Positions 1 to 9,718 of a stretch of DNA of 64,000 nucleotides are shown one piece after another. Numbering within the stretch: position 1 is the stretch's first letter; every line of letters begins with the position of its first letter. The notes under the pieces are model-generated. The model did no database searches and was not told the origin of the DNA. It worked only from the letters and a program-made list of their open reading frames with translations. The stretch spans positions 2,802 through 66,801 of the forward strand of contig SSFI01000056.1 in assembly GCA_008015325.1 (NCBI GenBank), read 5' to 3'. The stretch comes from Rheinheimera sp. Lineage in GTDB: Bacteria > Pseudomonadota > Gammaproteobacteria > Enterobacterales > Alteromonadaceae. The translations under genes and the position numbers were made by a program.

Positions 1-582
1 TAACTCGCTGATTTTATTTGCATCACAGTCAAATAGCGCATGGCCCTGACCGCAGTATAAATAGTTGGTCTCGTTGTGCAGCGGCACATAATCCAGGCCG
101 CGGATCTGATGGCGGCTGACGCCGATGCCGACCAGCGAGCGGCCGTTCGCCACCGAAGTTTCCACTTCACGCGCTTCACAGACATAAATCTCAAACTGCA
201 GATTGCTGCTTTTGGCTTTCAGCCGGGCTATTGCCTGCGATACGCCGCAGCGCGGATCGCTGACGAGGGTATCGATAATGGCGATAGTGACGCGGCCGGA
301 GAGCTGATGTTTGGAGCCGGCGACTGTGCTGGCAAAGGTCTCGCATTGCTGCAGCAGTTCCAGCGACGCCTGATAGGTGATGCGGCCGGCGTCGGTCAGT
401 TCAAAGCCGCTGCGGCCGCGTTTACACAGCTTTAAACCCAGGCGGATCTCCAAATCCGACAAATGCGTGCTGATGGTCGAGCGACCGATATTTAACCGCG
501 ACTCGGCCGCCGATAATCCGCCACATTCGACGATAGTGACAAAAATCCGCAACAAGCGTAAATCGACGTCCTGCACCTGCAT
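1..582 (-). CDS. LysR-family transcriptional regulator (partial, runs off the window start), divergent from hutH
   Basis: Not in ORF track. Manual translation from ATG at 582: MQVQDVDLRLLRIFVTIVECGGLSAAESRLNIGRSTISTHLSDLEIRLGLKLCKRGRSGFELTDAG..., a typical LysR winged-HTH, open to position 1. Confidence 0.9.
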   Translation of the reverse strand, partial: MQVQDVDLRLLRIFVTIVECGGLSAAESRLNIGRSTISTHLSDLEIRLGLKLCKRGRSGFELTDAGRITYQASLELLQQCETFASTVAGSKHQLSGRVTIAIIDTLVSDPRCGVSQAIARLKAKSSNLQFEIYVCEAREVETSVANGRSLVGIGVSRHQIRGLDYVPLHNETNYLYCGQGHALFDCDANKISEL

Positions 583-733
583 CAGTGAGCGGCCTTTTCT
601 GTTGGATGTTAGTTCGATAAAACCGGAATGAGTTACGATTATTATGTATTTATAAAACATCAGGCGCAAGCTAGCATCTGTTCATCCGCAGCCTGACTGG
701 CAGCAGCAGTTGCAGCAATTTATGGAGTTTAAG

Positions 734-2251
734 ATGGCATTTCATTACGGTATCGATCGGCTGGATTTAGACACAGTCAACGGCATCGCCAGCGGCCGCA
801 TCCCGGCACTGTTAAGCGCAGCGGCAGTGGCGAAAATCAACCAAAGCCGTGCCTGCGTCGATGTGATGGCGGCGTCCGACAAAGCCATTTATGGCATTAA
901 CACAGGTTTTGGCCCTTTGTGCGACACACAAATTTCGCCGGCTGAAACTGCCTTGCTGCAGAAAAACCTGCTGATCACCCATGCCGTTGGCGTCGGTGAA
1001 CCTATCGCCAAAGCCATTTCCAAACTGATGCTGATCACTAAAGTGCACGCGCTGAGCCAGGGTTTTTCCGGCGTACGCTTAGCAGTGGTCGAGCGCATGT
1101 TGAAATTTATCGAGCTGGACTTAATCCCGGTGGTGCCGGAGCAAGGTTCAGTTGGTGCATCCGGTGACTTGGCACCGTTGTCGCATTTATTCCTGCCATT
1201 AATCGGCGAAGGCGAATTCTGGGCCAAAGGCGATAGCAAAGACATTATTCCGGCGGCTCAAGCCTTGGCTGAGCATGGTTTAACCCCGCTGGAATTGCAG
1301 GCCAAAGAAGGCTTAGGCCTGATTAACGGCACCCAGTTTATTTTGTCACACGGCATCACGGCTTTGACCAAAATGCAGTATCTGCTGGATTTAGCCGATG
1401 TGGCCGGCGCTATGAGTATCGAAGGCATGCAGGGCAGTGGTTCACCGTTTCGGCCTGAGTTGCATGAAATTCGCCCTTTCCCGGGCAATATCGAAGTCGC
1501 CGCGCGGATGCGCCGCTTATTTCAAGACTCGCAAAATATGGCGTCGCACACCGGCTGTGCCCGCGTGCAAGACCCGTATTCGCTGCGTTGTATTCCGCAG
1601 GTGCACGGCGCTTCGCGTAACGCTTTTAACCACTTAAAACAACTGGTCGAGATTGAGATGAACTCAGTCACCGACAATCCGATTGTCATCAGCAGCGAAG
1701 AAGCATTATCCGGCGGTGGTTTCCACGGTCAGCCGCTGGCGATGGTGCTGGATTACACCTCGATTGCAGCCGCTGAGCTTGGCAATATTTCTGACCGCCG
1801 CTGTTATCTGCTGCTCGAAGGCCTGCACGGTTTACCGCGCCTGCTGACCAAAGCCGGTGGCCTCAACTCTGGGATGATGATCCCGCAATACACGACTGCT
1901 GCGCTGGTCACTGAAAACAAATCTCTGTGTTTCCCGCCGTCTGCTGACAGCGTGCCAACCTCGATGGGCCAGGAAGATCACGTGTCGATGGGCAGTATCT
2001 CTGGCCGTAAACTGAATCAAATCCTCGGTAACTTAGAGAAGATTCTCGCCATTGAACTGATGTATGCCGCGCAGGCGATTGAATTCCGCCGGCCGAACCG
2101 TTGTTCAGATTTAATCGAAGAAAATCATGCGATTATCCGCGCTAAAGTCGCCAAGCTGGAAGAGGACCGCCTGCTGAAGCCGGATATCGACGCGATGATT
2201 AAGCTGGTCCGTAGCCAGGCCTTCCACGTTAACTTTGCGCTGAACTCATAA
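734..2251 (+). CDS. hutH: Histidine ammonia-lyase
   Basis: MIO-forming GASGDLAPL motif, YGINTGFG, QDPYSLRCIPQVHGA, QEDHVSMG. Start moved from TTG 710 to ATG 734 (GGAG at 724-727). Confidence 0.96.
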   Translation: MAFHYGIDRLDLDTVNGIASGRIPALLSAAAVAKINQSRACVDVMAASDKAIYGINTGFGPLCDTQISPAETALLQKNLLITHAVGVGEPIAKAISKLMLITKVHALSQGFSGVRLAVVERMLKFIELDLIPVVPEQGSVGASGDLAPLSHLFLPLIGEGEFWAKGDSKDIIPAAQALAEHGLTPLELQAKEGLGLINGTQFILSHGITALTKMQYLLDLADVAGAMSIEGMQGSGSPFRPELHEIRPFPGNIEVAARMRRLFQDSQNMASHTGCARVQDPYSLRCIPQVHGASRNAFNHLKQLVEIEMNSVTDNPIVISSEEALSGGGFHGQPLAMVLDYTSIAAAELGNISDRRCYLLLEGLHGLPRLLTKAGGLNSGMMIPQYTTAALVTENKSLCFPPSADSVPTSMGQEDHVSMGSISGRKLNQILGNLEKILAIELMYAAQAIEFRRPNRCSDLIEENHAIIRAKVAKLEEDRLLKPDIDAMIKLVRSQAFHVNFALNS

Positions 2252-2259
2252 AGGAAATC

Positions 2260-4263
2260 GTGATGAATTTTCAGGACCAGATTAAACAAGGTATTCCGGC
2301 CACGCTGCCTGCGGCCAAGCCTTATCCGGCGGATGCCAACCGCGCGCCAAAGCGCAAAGACATTTTAACCAAAGCGGAAAAGCAGCTGGCGGTACGTAAT
2401 GCGCTGCGTTATTTCCCAGCCGAATGGCATGGTGAATTAGCCGTTGAATTTGCCAAAGAGCTGAACGATTTCGGCCGCATTTATATGTACCGCTTTAAGC
2501 CGGATTACGCCATCAAAGCGCGGCCGATCAGCGACTATCCGGCGAAGTGCCAGCAAGCCGCTGCCATTATGCTGATGATCGACAACAACTTAGACCCAGC
2601 GGTGGCGCAGCATCCGGAAGAGCTGATTACTTACGGTGGCAATGGCGCTGTGTTCCAGAACTGGGCGCAATATCGCTTAACGATGAAATACCTGAGCGAG
2701 ATGGCGGAAGATCAGACGCTGCACATGTATTCCGGCCACCCGATGGGTTTGTTCCCATCATCCGTCGAAGCGCCGCGTGTGGTGGTCACTAACGGCATGA
2801 TGATCCCGAATTACTCCAAATCGGATGACTGGGAGCGGTTTAATGCTTTAGGCGTCACCCAATACGGCCAGATGACGGCCGGCTCTTTTATGTACATCGG
2901 CCCGCAGGGCATAGTGCATGGTACCACCATCACAGTGATGAATGCGTTTCGTAAAGTGCTGGCAAAGGGCGACAGCCCGAAAGGCAAAATCTTTTTAACT
3001 GCAGGTTTAGGTGGCATGAGCGGCGCGCAGCCCAAAGCCGGTAATATCGCCAATTGCATCACGGTCTGCGCCGAAGTGAACCCAAAAGCCGCAACCAAAC
3101 GCCATCAGCAGGGCTGGGTGGATGAGTTGATTGACAACATGCCGGCGCTGCTCACCCGTGTCAAACAAGCCCAGACGCAGCAGGAAGTGGTGTCGATTGC
3201 TTATATCGGTAATGTGGTCGATGTGTGGGAAGCCTTTGCTGAACATGGTGTTTTTGTACACTTAGGCTCAGATCAGACGTCCTTGCATAACCCATGGTCG
3301 GGCGGTTATTACCCGGTGGGTGTTAGCTACGATGAAGCTAACCGTCTTATTCGCGAAGAACCAGAGCTGTTCAAAGCCAAGGTACAAGAGACGCTGAAGC
3401 GCCACGCCGCTATCGTTAACAAACACACCGCCAAAGGTACTTATTTCTTTGACTACGGCAATGCGTTTTTATTAGAAGCCTCACGCGCCGGTGGCGACGT
3501 GATGGCGCAAAATGGCATCGACTTTAAATATCCGTCTTATGTGCAGGATATTTTAGGCCCGATGTGTTTTGACTACGGCTTTGGTCCGTTCCGCTGGGTT
3601 TGTACTTCGGGTAAACCGGAAGATCTGGATAAAACCGACGCTATTGCGGCTGAAGTGTTAAAACGAATCATGCAAGAATCACCGGAAGAAATTCAGCAGC
3701 AGATGCAGGACAACATCAGCTGGATTTTAGATGCCAAGCAAAACAAGCTGGTGGTCGGTTCACAAGCCCGCATTTTGTACGCTGATGCGCAAGGCCGCGC
3801 TGAAATCGCTCAGGCCTTTAATGAAGCCATCGCCCGCGGCGACATTGGCCCTGTGGTGTTAGGCCGTGATCATCACGACGTCAGCGGTACTGATTCGCCA
3901 TTCCGCGAAACCTCCAACATTTATGACGGCAGCCGTTTTACCGCCGACATGGCTATTCACAACGTCATCGGCGACAGCTTCCGCGGCGCGACCTGGGTGT
4001 CTATCCATAATGGCGGCGGTGTCGGTTGGGGCGAGGTGATGAATGGCGGTTTTGGCATGTTGCTGGATGGCTCAGTCGAGGCGTCAAAACGGTTAAAATC
4101 CATGTTGTTCTTTGATGTCAACAACGGTATCGCCCGGCGCAGCTGGGCGCGTAACAATGAGGCGGATTTTGCTATCCGCCGTGAAATGGCGCGTACACCG
4201 AAGTTACAAGTGACGCTGGCCAACCGGGTAGATGACGAGCTGCTGAATCAGCTGCCGTTTTAA
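2260..4263 (+). CDS. hutU: Urocanate hydratase, long (~667 aa) form
   Basis: Motifs YGQMTAGSFMYIGPQGIVHGT, GLGGMSGAQP, DQTSLHNP, GRDHHDVSG, HNGGGVGWG; directly after hutH. Start may be ATG 2263. Confidence 0.96.
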   Translation: MMNFQDQIKQGIPATLPAAKPYPADANRAPKRKDILTKAEKQLAVRNALRYFPAEWHGELAVEFAKELNDFGRIYMYRFKPDYAIKARPISDYPAKCQQAAAIMLMIDNNLDPAVAQHPEELITYGGNGAVFQNWAQYRLTMKYLSEMAEDQTLHMYSGHPMGLFPSSVEAPRVVVTNGMMIPNYSKSDDWERFNALGVTQYGQMTAGSFMYIGPQGIVHGTTITVMNAFRKVLAKGDSPKGKIFLTAGLGGMSGAQPKAGNIANCITVCAEVNPKAATKRHQQGWVDELIDNMPALLTRVKQAQTQQEVVSIAYIGNVVDVWEAFAEHGVFVHLGSDQTSLHNPWSGGYYPVGVSYDEANRLIREEPELFKAKVQETLKRHAAIVNKHTAKGTYFFDYGNAFLLEASRAGGDVMAQNGIDFKYPSYVQDILGPMCFDYGFGPFRWVCTSGKPEDLDKTDAIAAEVLKRIMQESPEEIQQQMQDNISWILDAKQNKLVVGSQARILYADAQGRAEIAQAFNEAIARGDIGPVVLGRDHHDVSGTDSPFRETSNIYDGSRFTADMAIHNVIGDSFRGATWVSIHNGGGVGWGEVMNGGFGMLLDGSVEASKRLKSMLFFDVNNGIARRSWARNNEADFAIRREMARTPKLQVTLANRVDDELLNQLPF

Positions 4264-4441
4264 CCCCCCCTGGCTTGACGAACACCGGTTGATTTGTAAG
4301 AGCTGCGCGGCAATAAAAGCGTTATTGCCGCTTGCAGTGCTGCCGGGCATCTTTTACTCTGCCTTCAGGCCCTGCGTTGCAGGGGCTGGGTTGTTCCGGC
4401 TCAGCACCTTGTTCAGTGCAATTCTCTGCAAAAGGATAAAG

Positions 4442-4819
4442 ATGATGAATAAATTATTAAAAATCAGTCTGTTGTGTCCGATTTTTCTGCTTGGCATGCA
4501 GCAGGCGTCGGCCGCAGCCTTTAGTTCAGATCAGGTGATGGCTGAGCAGCAATATCAGTTCAATAAACAGCAGGTGCTGGCTTTTGTTGACCATGCCGAA
4601 GTGCAGCAAAAGTTGGTAGAGCTTGGTGTGAGTCCTGCAGATGCCAAAATGCGCATCGCCAGCATGACAGCCGAAGAGTTGAATGCGCTGAATACTCAAA
4701 TGAACGAGATGCCGGCCGGTGGTATTGTCGGTGCTGTGGTGACCGTATTGGCGGTGGTGGCGATTCTTGACCTGCTGGGTGTGACCGACGTTTATCCCTT
4801 TATCCGCCCGATCCGTTAG
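4442..4819 (+). CDS. PA2779-family exported small protein
   Basis: Signal peptide (MNKLLKISLLCPIFLLGMQQASA), LVELGVSPADAKMRIASMTAEEL, PAGG, hydrophobic tail ending TDVYPF. Start moved to ATG 4442/4445; adjacent to PA2778-type peptidase. Confidence 0.75.
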   Translation: MMNKLLKISLLCPIFLLGMQQASAAAFSSDQVMAEQQYQFNKQQVLAFVDHAEVQQKLVELGVSPADAKMRIASMTAEELNALNTQMNEMPAGGIVGAVVTVLAVVAILDLLGVTDVYPFIRPIR

Positions 4820-4824
4820 CAGCC

Positions 4825-5880
4825 TTGCCGCTGTTGAATGGGCGCCTGTCGACGGCGCTGTGCCTGCTTGTGGTGCTGTTACTGGCAGGCTGTCAGACGC
4901 CGCCACAAACCCGGCAGCTGTTGGATAAGCCGCCAGCTGTGCCACGCCAGCATCTGATTGCTGGCGTGCCGTTTTATCCGCAGCAGGACTATTTCTGTGG
5001 ACCGACGACATTGGCAGAAGTCGCCGGTTTCTATGGCAAGGTCCAAGCCCCCGCAGCGATAGCACCCCAAACTTTTATCCCCGGGCGGCAGGGCAGCCTG
5101 CAAATTGAAATGGCCGCAGCTACCCGGCAACTCGGTCTGCTTGCTTATACCGAACGTGGCAGCATGCAGCAGTTGCTTAGTCTGGTTGCTGACAACATGC
5201 CAGTGATAGTGCTGCAGAATAATTCCATCAGCTGGTGGCCGCAGTGGCATTATGCCGTGGTGATTGGCTATGACCTCGATGATGAGACGCTGACACTGCA
5301 CACTGGTGTGACGCCAAACTATCAGCTGGATTTCGCCACTTTTGAACGCACCTGGCAGCGCGGCGGCCATTGGTTGCTGCTGATGTTACCGCCAGATAAA
5401 ACCAGCCCGCAGCTGGACCCGTTTTTGTATACCAAAGCGGCGCAGGATTTACTCCGCACGCAGCGGGATAGTGCGGCTGCCGGAGCCAGTGCAGGAAATA
5501 GCGCCGGAGTGAGTGCCTTGCGAAGTGCCACGGCGCAATGGCCGGAGTATTGGCTGTCGTATTTTTTGCTCGGCAATCATTATGCAGCGCCAGAGGGCAA
5601 TAGTGAGCCGGCTTTGGCACTGCAGTGGTTTGCCAAAGGCCTGCCCGTCGCCCGCCAGCAAATTGCTTATCTGAACAATTATGCCTTGTTGCTGAGTCAT
5701 TATGGCTGTCCGGATGCGGCGGTATCTTTATTGGACGAAGCACTGCGCCTCGCCCCGGACAATGCCAATCTGCTGGATTCTCAGCGACAAATCCGCCGGC
5801 AACAGGCAGAAGCCCCGCAGACTGGCCGAAGTTCTGCCTTGCAGTGCGCCCAGTTTTCACCAGTCAGCAGTATCCGCTGA
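4825..5880 (+). CDS. PA2778-family C39-like cysteine peptidase lipoprotein with TPR-like C-terminus
   Basis: Lipobox LLAGC; QQDYFCGP (catalytic Cys); WHYAVVIGYD (His/Asp); helical TPR-like tail. Confidence 0.8.
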   Translation: MPLLNGRLSTALCLLVVLLLAGCQTPPQTRQLLDKPPAVPRQHLIAGVPFYPQQDYFCGPTTLAEVAGFYGKVQAPAAIAPQTFIPGRQGSLQIEMAAATRQLGLLAYTERGSMQQLLSLVADNMPVIVLQNNSISWWPQWHYAVVIGYDLDDETLTLHTGVTPNYQLDFATFERTWQRGGHWLLLMLPPDKTSPQLDPFLYTKAAQDLLRTQRDSAAAGASAGNSAGVSALRSATAQWPEYWLSYFLLGNHYAAPEGNSEPALALQWFAKGLPVARQQIAYLNNYALLLSHYGCPDAAVSLLDEALRLAPDNANLLDSQRQIRRQQAEAPQTGRSSALQCAQFSPVSSIR

Positions 5881-5992
5881 GACTGCTGCCCTCGTTATCC
5901 ACGCCGAAAAATATCGGCCCGGACTATCATCGCGATTCCGTCGTCGACACTTTGCCGTTAAGCTGAGGTTTTTGTCAGTTAAAAGGCGTGTC

Positions 5993-7435
5993 ATGCTGCA
6001 ATTTCAACAATGCCGGTTTTTATTGGGCCTGAGCCATCAGGTGCTGGTCTCACAGTTACAGCTTTCTGCCGGCCAGCATTGTGCCATTTTGGGCGCTAAT
6101 GGCAGTGGTAAATCGGCGTTGGCTGCGGTGTTGGCAGGGCAGGCGCATTTGCTTGCCGGGCATTGCACTCTGCCGGAGCGCGTCAGCTGGGTCAGCAGCG
6201 CGCAACAACAGGCGCTGATTGAAGCCGAGCGGCGCAAAGGCGACGCCGATATTCTCGATGTGGAAGTGGACCCGAGCAGCGCCCGTGACATTATCTGCCG
6301 CGACCATGCCTCTTGGTCGGACGCGCAAGAACAGCAGTTACAGCAGCTCGCCGGGGCCCTGCGTTTGCAGGAGCGGCTTGATACGGCGTTTCTGGCGCTG
6401 TCGACCGGAGAAACCCGCAAGTTATTATTAATCAAAGCGATTTTACAACAACCTGAATTATTGGTGCTGGACGAGCCTTTTAATGGCCTGGATGTGGATG
6501 CTTGTGCCGCACTGCAACTGCTGCTGGCGGAATTGCAGCAGCGCATGACTTTAGTGTTGGTATTGAACCGGCTCAGTGAACTGCCGGCGTTTTGCCAAAA
6601 AATCCTCTATCTGGCGCATGGTGAGATCGAATGGCAATCCGCCGACAGTGGCATCAGCACCTTGGAGCTTACGGAGCTGGCGCAGCTGAATCAACTGCAA
6701 CAAGCACCCGGGCCTTTGCCCGCTAAAGACAGAGACCGCTTTACGCCGGAGCTGGCCGAAAAAATCTTAGTCCGTTTGCGTCAGGGCAAAGTGCAGTATG
6801 GCGACAGAGTGATTTTTCAGGGCCTCGACTGGCACATTCAGCGCGGCGATCACTGGCAGATCACTGGGCCAAACGGCTCGGGTAAAACCTGTTTGCTGCA
6901 GATGATAAGCGGTGACAATTCACACTGTTACACCAATGACTTACAGGTGTTTGGTTATCAGCGCGGCAACGGCGAAAGTATCTGGGATATCAAACAGCAT
7001 CTGGGGTTGGTGTCAAACAGTCTGCAGCTGCAATACCGCGTCGGTTGCCCGGTATTGCATGTGGTGCTCTCCGGTTTTTACGACAGCATTGGCCTGTACG
7101 ACCAGCCGTCGGCACTGCAAATCAAACTGGCGCTTGAGTGGCTGGCGCTCATTGGCCTTGAAGCCAAAGCGAAAGACTCTTTCCAGTCGTTATCTTTTGG
7201 CGACCAGCGGCTGGTGCTGATAGTCCGGGCTATGGTGAAACATCCGACGCTGCTGATTTTAGATGAGCCTTGTAATGGTCTGGACGAGCTGAACCGGCTT
7301 AAAGTGCTGGCACTGTTGAGTGTATTGGCGCAAAGCGGTGAATCGACGCTGCTGTACGTGAATCATCACGCCGAAGACAAAATCGCCGGTATTCACCGGG
7401 TGCTGCGGATGACGGATTATCAGCCGATCTGTTAA
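5993..7435 (+). CDS. modF: Dual-domain ABC ATPase, ModF-like
   Basis: Two Walker A motifs (GANGSGKS, GPNGSGKT), LSTGETRK and LSFGDQRL signatures, LLILDEP. Start moved from 5702 to ATG 5993, giving 480 aa. Confidence 0.8.
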   Translation: MLQFQQCRFLLGLSHQVLVSQLQLSAGQHCAILGANGSGKSALAAVLAGQAHLLAGHCTLPERVSWVSSAQQQALIEAERRKGDADILDVEVDPSSARDIICRDHASWSDAQEQQLQQLAGALRLQERLDTAFLALSTGETRKLLLIKAILQQPELLVLDEPFNGLDVDACAALQLLLAELQQRMTLVLVLNRLSELPAFCQKILYLAHGEIEWQSADSGISTLELTELAQLNQLQQAPGPLPAKDRDRFTPELAEKILVRLRQGKVQYGDRVIFQGLDWHIQRGDHWQITGPNGSGKTCLLQMISGDNSHCYTNDLQVFGYQRGNGESIWDIKQHLGLVSNSLQLQYRVGCPVLHVVLSGFYDSIGLYDQPSALQIKLALEWLALIGLEAKAKDSFQSLSFGDQRLVLIVRAMVKHPTLLILDEPCNGLDELNRLKVLALLSVLAQSGESTLLYVNHHAEDKIAGIHRVLRMTDYQPIC

Positions 7436-7459
7436 AGCTGTCTGGCGGGACCTGCCGGC

Positions 7460-8653
7460 TCAATGGGCCGGCGCTGTGCTTTCTGAGCGCAATGGTTGCG
7501 CGGCGGTATCACCGCAGGCCACGCGGTTACGGCCTTGCGCTTTTGCCTGATACAGTGCCTGATCTGCCATTTCATACAATTGATTCCAATGCTGTAATGG
7601 TGCGACATCCGAGCTGGCATAACCGATACTGACGGTGACTTGCTGAGGCCCGGCAAATACTGCCGAGGCGATGGCTGAGCGGATTCGTTCACTGATGCAT
7701 TGCAGCTGTTGCCGGCTTACTTGTGGCAGGCAGACTAAAAACTCCTCCCCACCGATGCGAAACTGCAAGTCATAACCACGCAGTTCTGCCGCAGCGAGCT
7801 GACTCACTTGTTTGAGAACCTGATCACCACATTGATGGCCGAAGCGGTCATTGATTTGCTTGAAATGATCGATATCGAAGATGATCAGGCTGAGTGGTTG
7901 TTGTAAACGCACACTGCGATGCCATTCCGCCTGCAATCTGGCTTGTAATGACTGACGGTTCAGCCAGCCGGTCAGTGGATCGGTTTCCACTTGTTGCTGC
8001 AGCTGCAACGTTTTTTGCCGCACCAGCAGTAACATGCAGCTGGTCATGGCACACAGCATAAATAACAACACGGCCAGCGAACCGAAACTGTGTAATTCCT
8101 GATAATGCCCGGATTGGATAACTCCAACGTACTGTAGCAAGAAGACCACAAAGCGCAGACTCAGCTGCAACATGTTGGCGGCCATCACGACAAAAAATAA
8201 TATTACGGCACCACGCATTTGGGTCAGCCGTGCTTGCAACACACTGCGCAGCGTCAGTAAATTAAAGGCAATCAACAGCGGGAAGTTCAGTAATACCCTC
8301 ACTTCAATCCCTTCGCGGGCAAACGCCGTCATATTCAGAGAGTAGACTACCAGCAGTATGCCAAGCAGCTGGCTCAGCCGGACCGGTAGTTTCAGGTAAT
8401 GCCGAATACCACTGAAAAAGAACAGATAGGCGCTTACCAGCAAGAGGTTGCCGAGCGGCGGGCCCAACCAATAGGGCAGCGGCGTCAGTGTGTGGACAAG
8501 GCTCAATAACGAATTGGCAAAAAAGCTGGTACCCGCCAGAGCCCAGTGTGCGAGACACAGCTCATGGCGGTTGCTCAGATAAAGCCCAATCATCGCCAAC
8601 GCCATGATTGCTGCGACAGACAGATTGACAGTCAGTAGGGTCAGCACATCCAT
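7460..8653 (-). CDS. Membrane-anchored diguanylate cyclase (GGDEF)
   Basis: About 7 N-terminal hydrophobic helices; DPLTGWLNR, DIDHFKQIND, I-site RGYD, GGEEF. Start ATG 8653 preferred over 8680. Confidence 0.9.
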   Translation of the reverse strand: MDVLTLLTVNLSVAAIMALAMIGLYLSNRHELCLAHWALAGTSFFANSLLSLVHTLTPLPYWLGPPLGNLLLVSAYLFFFSGIRHYLKLPVRLSQLLGILLVVYSLNMTAFAREGIEVRVLLNFPLLIAFNLLTLRSVLQARLTQMRGAVILFFVVMAANMLQLSLRFVVFLLQYVGVIQSGHYQELHSFGSLAVLLFMLCAMTSCMLLLVRQKTLQLQQQVETDPLTGWLNRQSLQARLQAEWHRSVRLQQPLSLIIFDIDHFKQINDRFGHQCGDQVLKQVSQLAAAELRGYDLQFRIGGEEFLVCLPQVSRQQLQCISERIRSAIASAVFAGPQQVTVSIGYASSDVAPLQHWNQLYEMADQALYQAKAQGRNRVACGDTAAQPLRSESTAPAH

Positions 8654-8734
8654 TGCTATTATTTCCTGATTAAGGTCCAATCTACCCTAACATAAGGCGT
8701 CATTGGCATGCAATGACAGCACAGTCAAAAGCGT

Positions 8735-9718
8735 TTACTCAGCCCAGCGCGCCCGGATCTGCAGTATTTTTGGTAATTCCTGTTCGAGTAAATCCACCAG
8801 TCGCGGGTCAAAATGCCGGCCTTTTTGTGCTTGCAGATGGGCCATGGTGTCTTCAATACTCCAGGCGCTTTTGTAAGGCCGGGTGCTGGTCAGTGCGTCG
8901 AACACATCGCAAAGCGCCACGATGCGCGCTTCCAGCGGAATGGCTTCACCTTTGAGGCCATGCGGATAGCCTGTGCCGTCCCATTTTTCGTGATGATACA
9001 GCGCGACTTGCTGGGCAAGTACTAACAGATGCGAGTCGGCGTCGCCTAAAATCTCCGCGCCAATCAGCGGATGGCGCTGCATTTCGCGGAATTCCTCTTC
9101 AGTCAGTTTGCCCGGTTTTAGTAAAATGTCGTCGCGGATGCCGATCTTGCCAATGTCATGCATCGGCGCGGCATGTAATAAATCTTCGGCCCGTTTCGGA
9201 CTTAAACCATAAGCCAGCGCAATGACCTGCGAAAAATGACTCATGCGCAAAATATGCAGACCGGTTTCGTTGTCGCGATACTCGGCCGCGCGACCAAGCC
9301 TTTGAATAATCTGCAGCCGGGTCTTTTTCAGCTCGTCTGCCTGCACCAGTGACAAATGAGTTTTGACGCGGGCACGCACCACCGCCGGCGTAATCGGCTT
9401 GGTAATATAATCGACGGCGCCTACTTCAAAACCCTGAGTTTCATCGATTTCATCGCGCAGCGCTGTGACAAAAATCACCGGAATGTGTTGGGTCTGGCTA
9501 TCGGCTTTGAGCTTGGTACAGACTTCAAAACCGGTCATGCCCGGCATCATCACATCGAGCAACACCAGATCGGGCTGATGTTCGGTGGCCAGTTGCAGTG
9601 CTTCCTGGCCATTTTTGGCAAACAACAGGCGGTACAAGTCATTCAGCACAGTGCGCAACACCCGCAGGTTGGTCGGTTCATCGTCGACCAGTAAAATGAC
9701 TGGTAAATCCTCGGTCAT
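8735..9718 (-). CDS. Response regulator with HD-GYP phosphodiesterase domain (RpfG-like)
   Basis: REC (LLVDD, LLDVMMP) plus MHDIGKIG and HHEKWDGTGYP; ATGA overlap with the upstream kinase. Confidence 0.93.
   Translation of the reverse strand: MTEDLPVILLVDDEPTNLRVLRTVLNDLYRLLFAKNGQEALQLATEHQPDLVLLDVMMPGMTGFEVCTKLKADSQTQHIPVIFVTALRDEIDETQGFEVGAVDYITKPITPAVVRARVKTHLSLVQADELKKTRLQIIQRLGRAAEYRDNETGLHILRMSHFSQVIALAYGLSPKRAEDLLHAAPMHDIGKIGIRDDILLKPGKLTEEEFREMQRHPLIGAEILGDADSHLLVLAQQVALYHHEKWDGTGYPHGLKGEAIPLEARIVALCDVFDALTSTRPYKSAWSIEDTMAHLQAQKGRHFDPRLVDLLEQELPKILQIRARWAE

Noticed and set aside
76-631. Plus-strand ORFs 76-435 and 377-631
   Set aside because: Antisense shadows of the partial LysR gene, whose minus-strand frame has clear HTH motifs.
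4289-4441. N-terminal extension of the 176-aa ORF
   Set aside because: The signal peptide begins at Met 4442/4445; the upstream part looks non-coding.
5702-5992. 97-aa N-terminal extension of the modF ORF
   Set aside because: Overlaps the peptidase gene in another frame; the ABC domain starts at ATG 5993.
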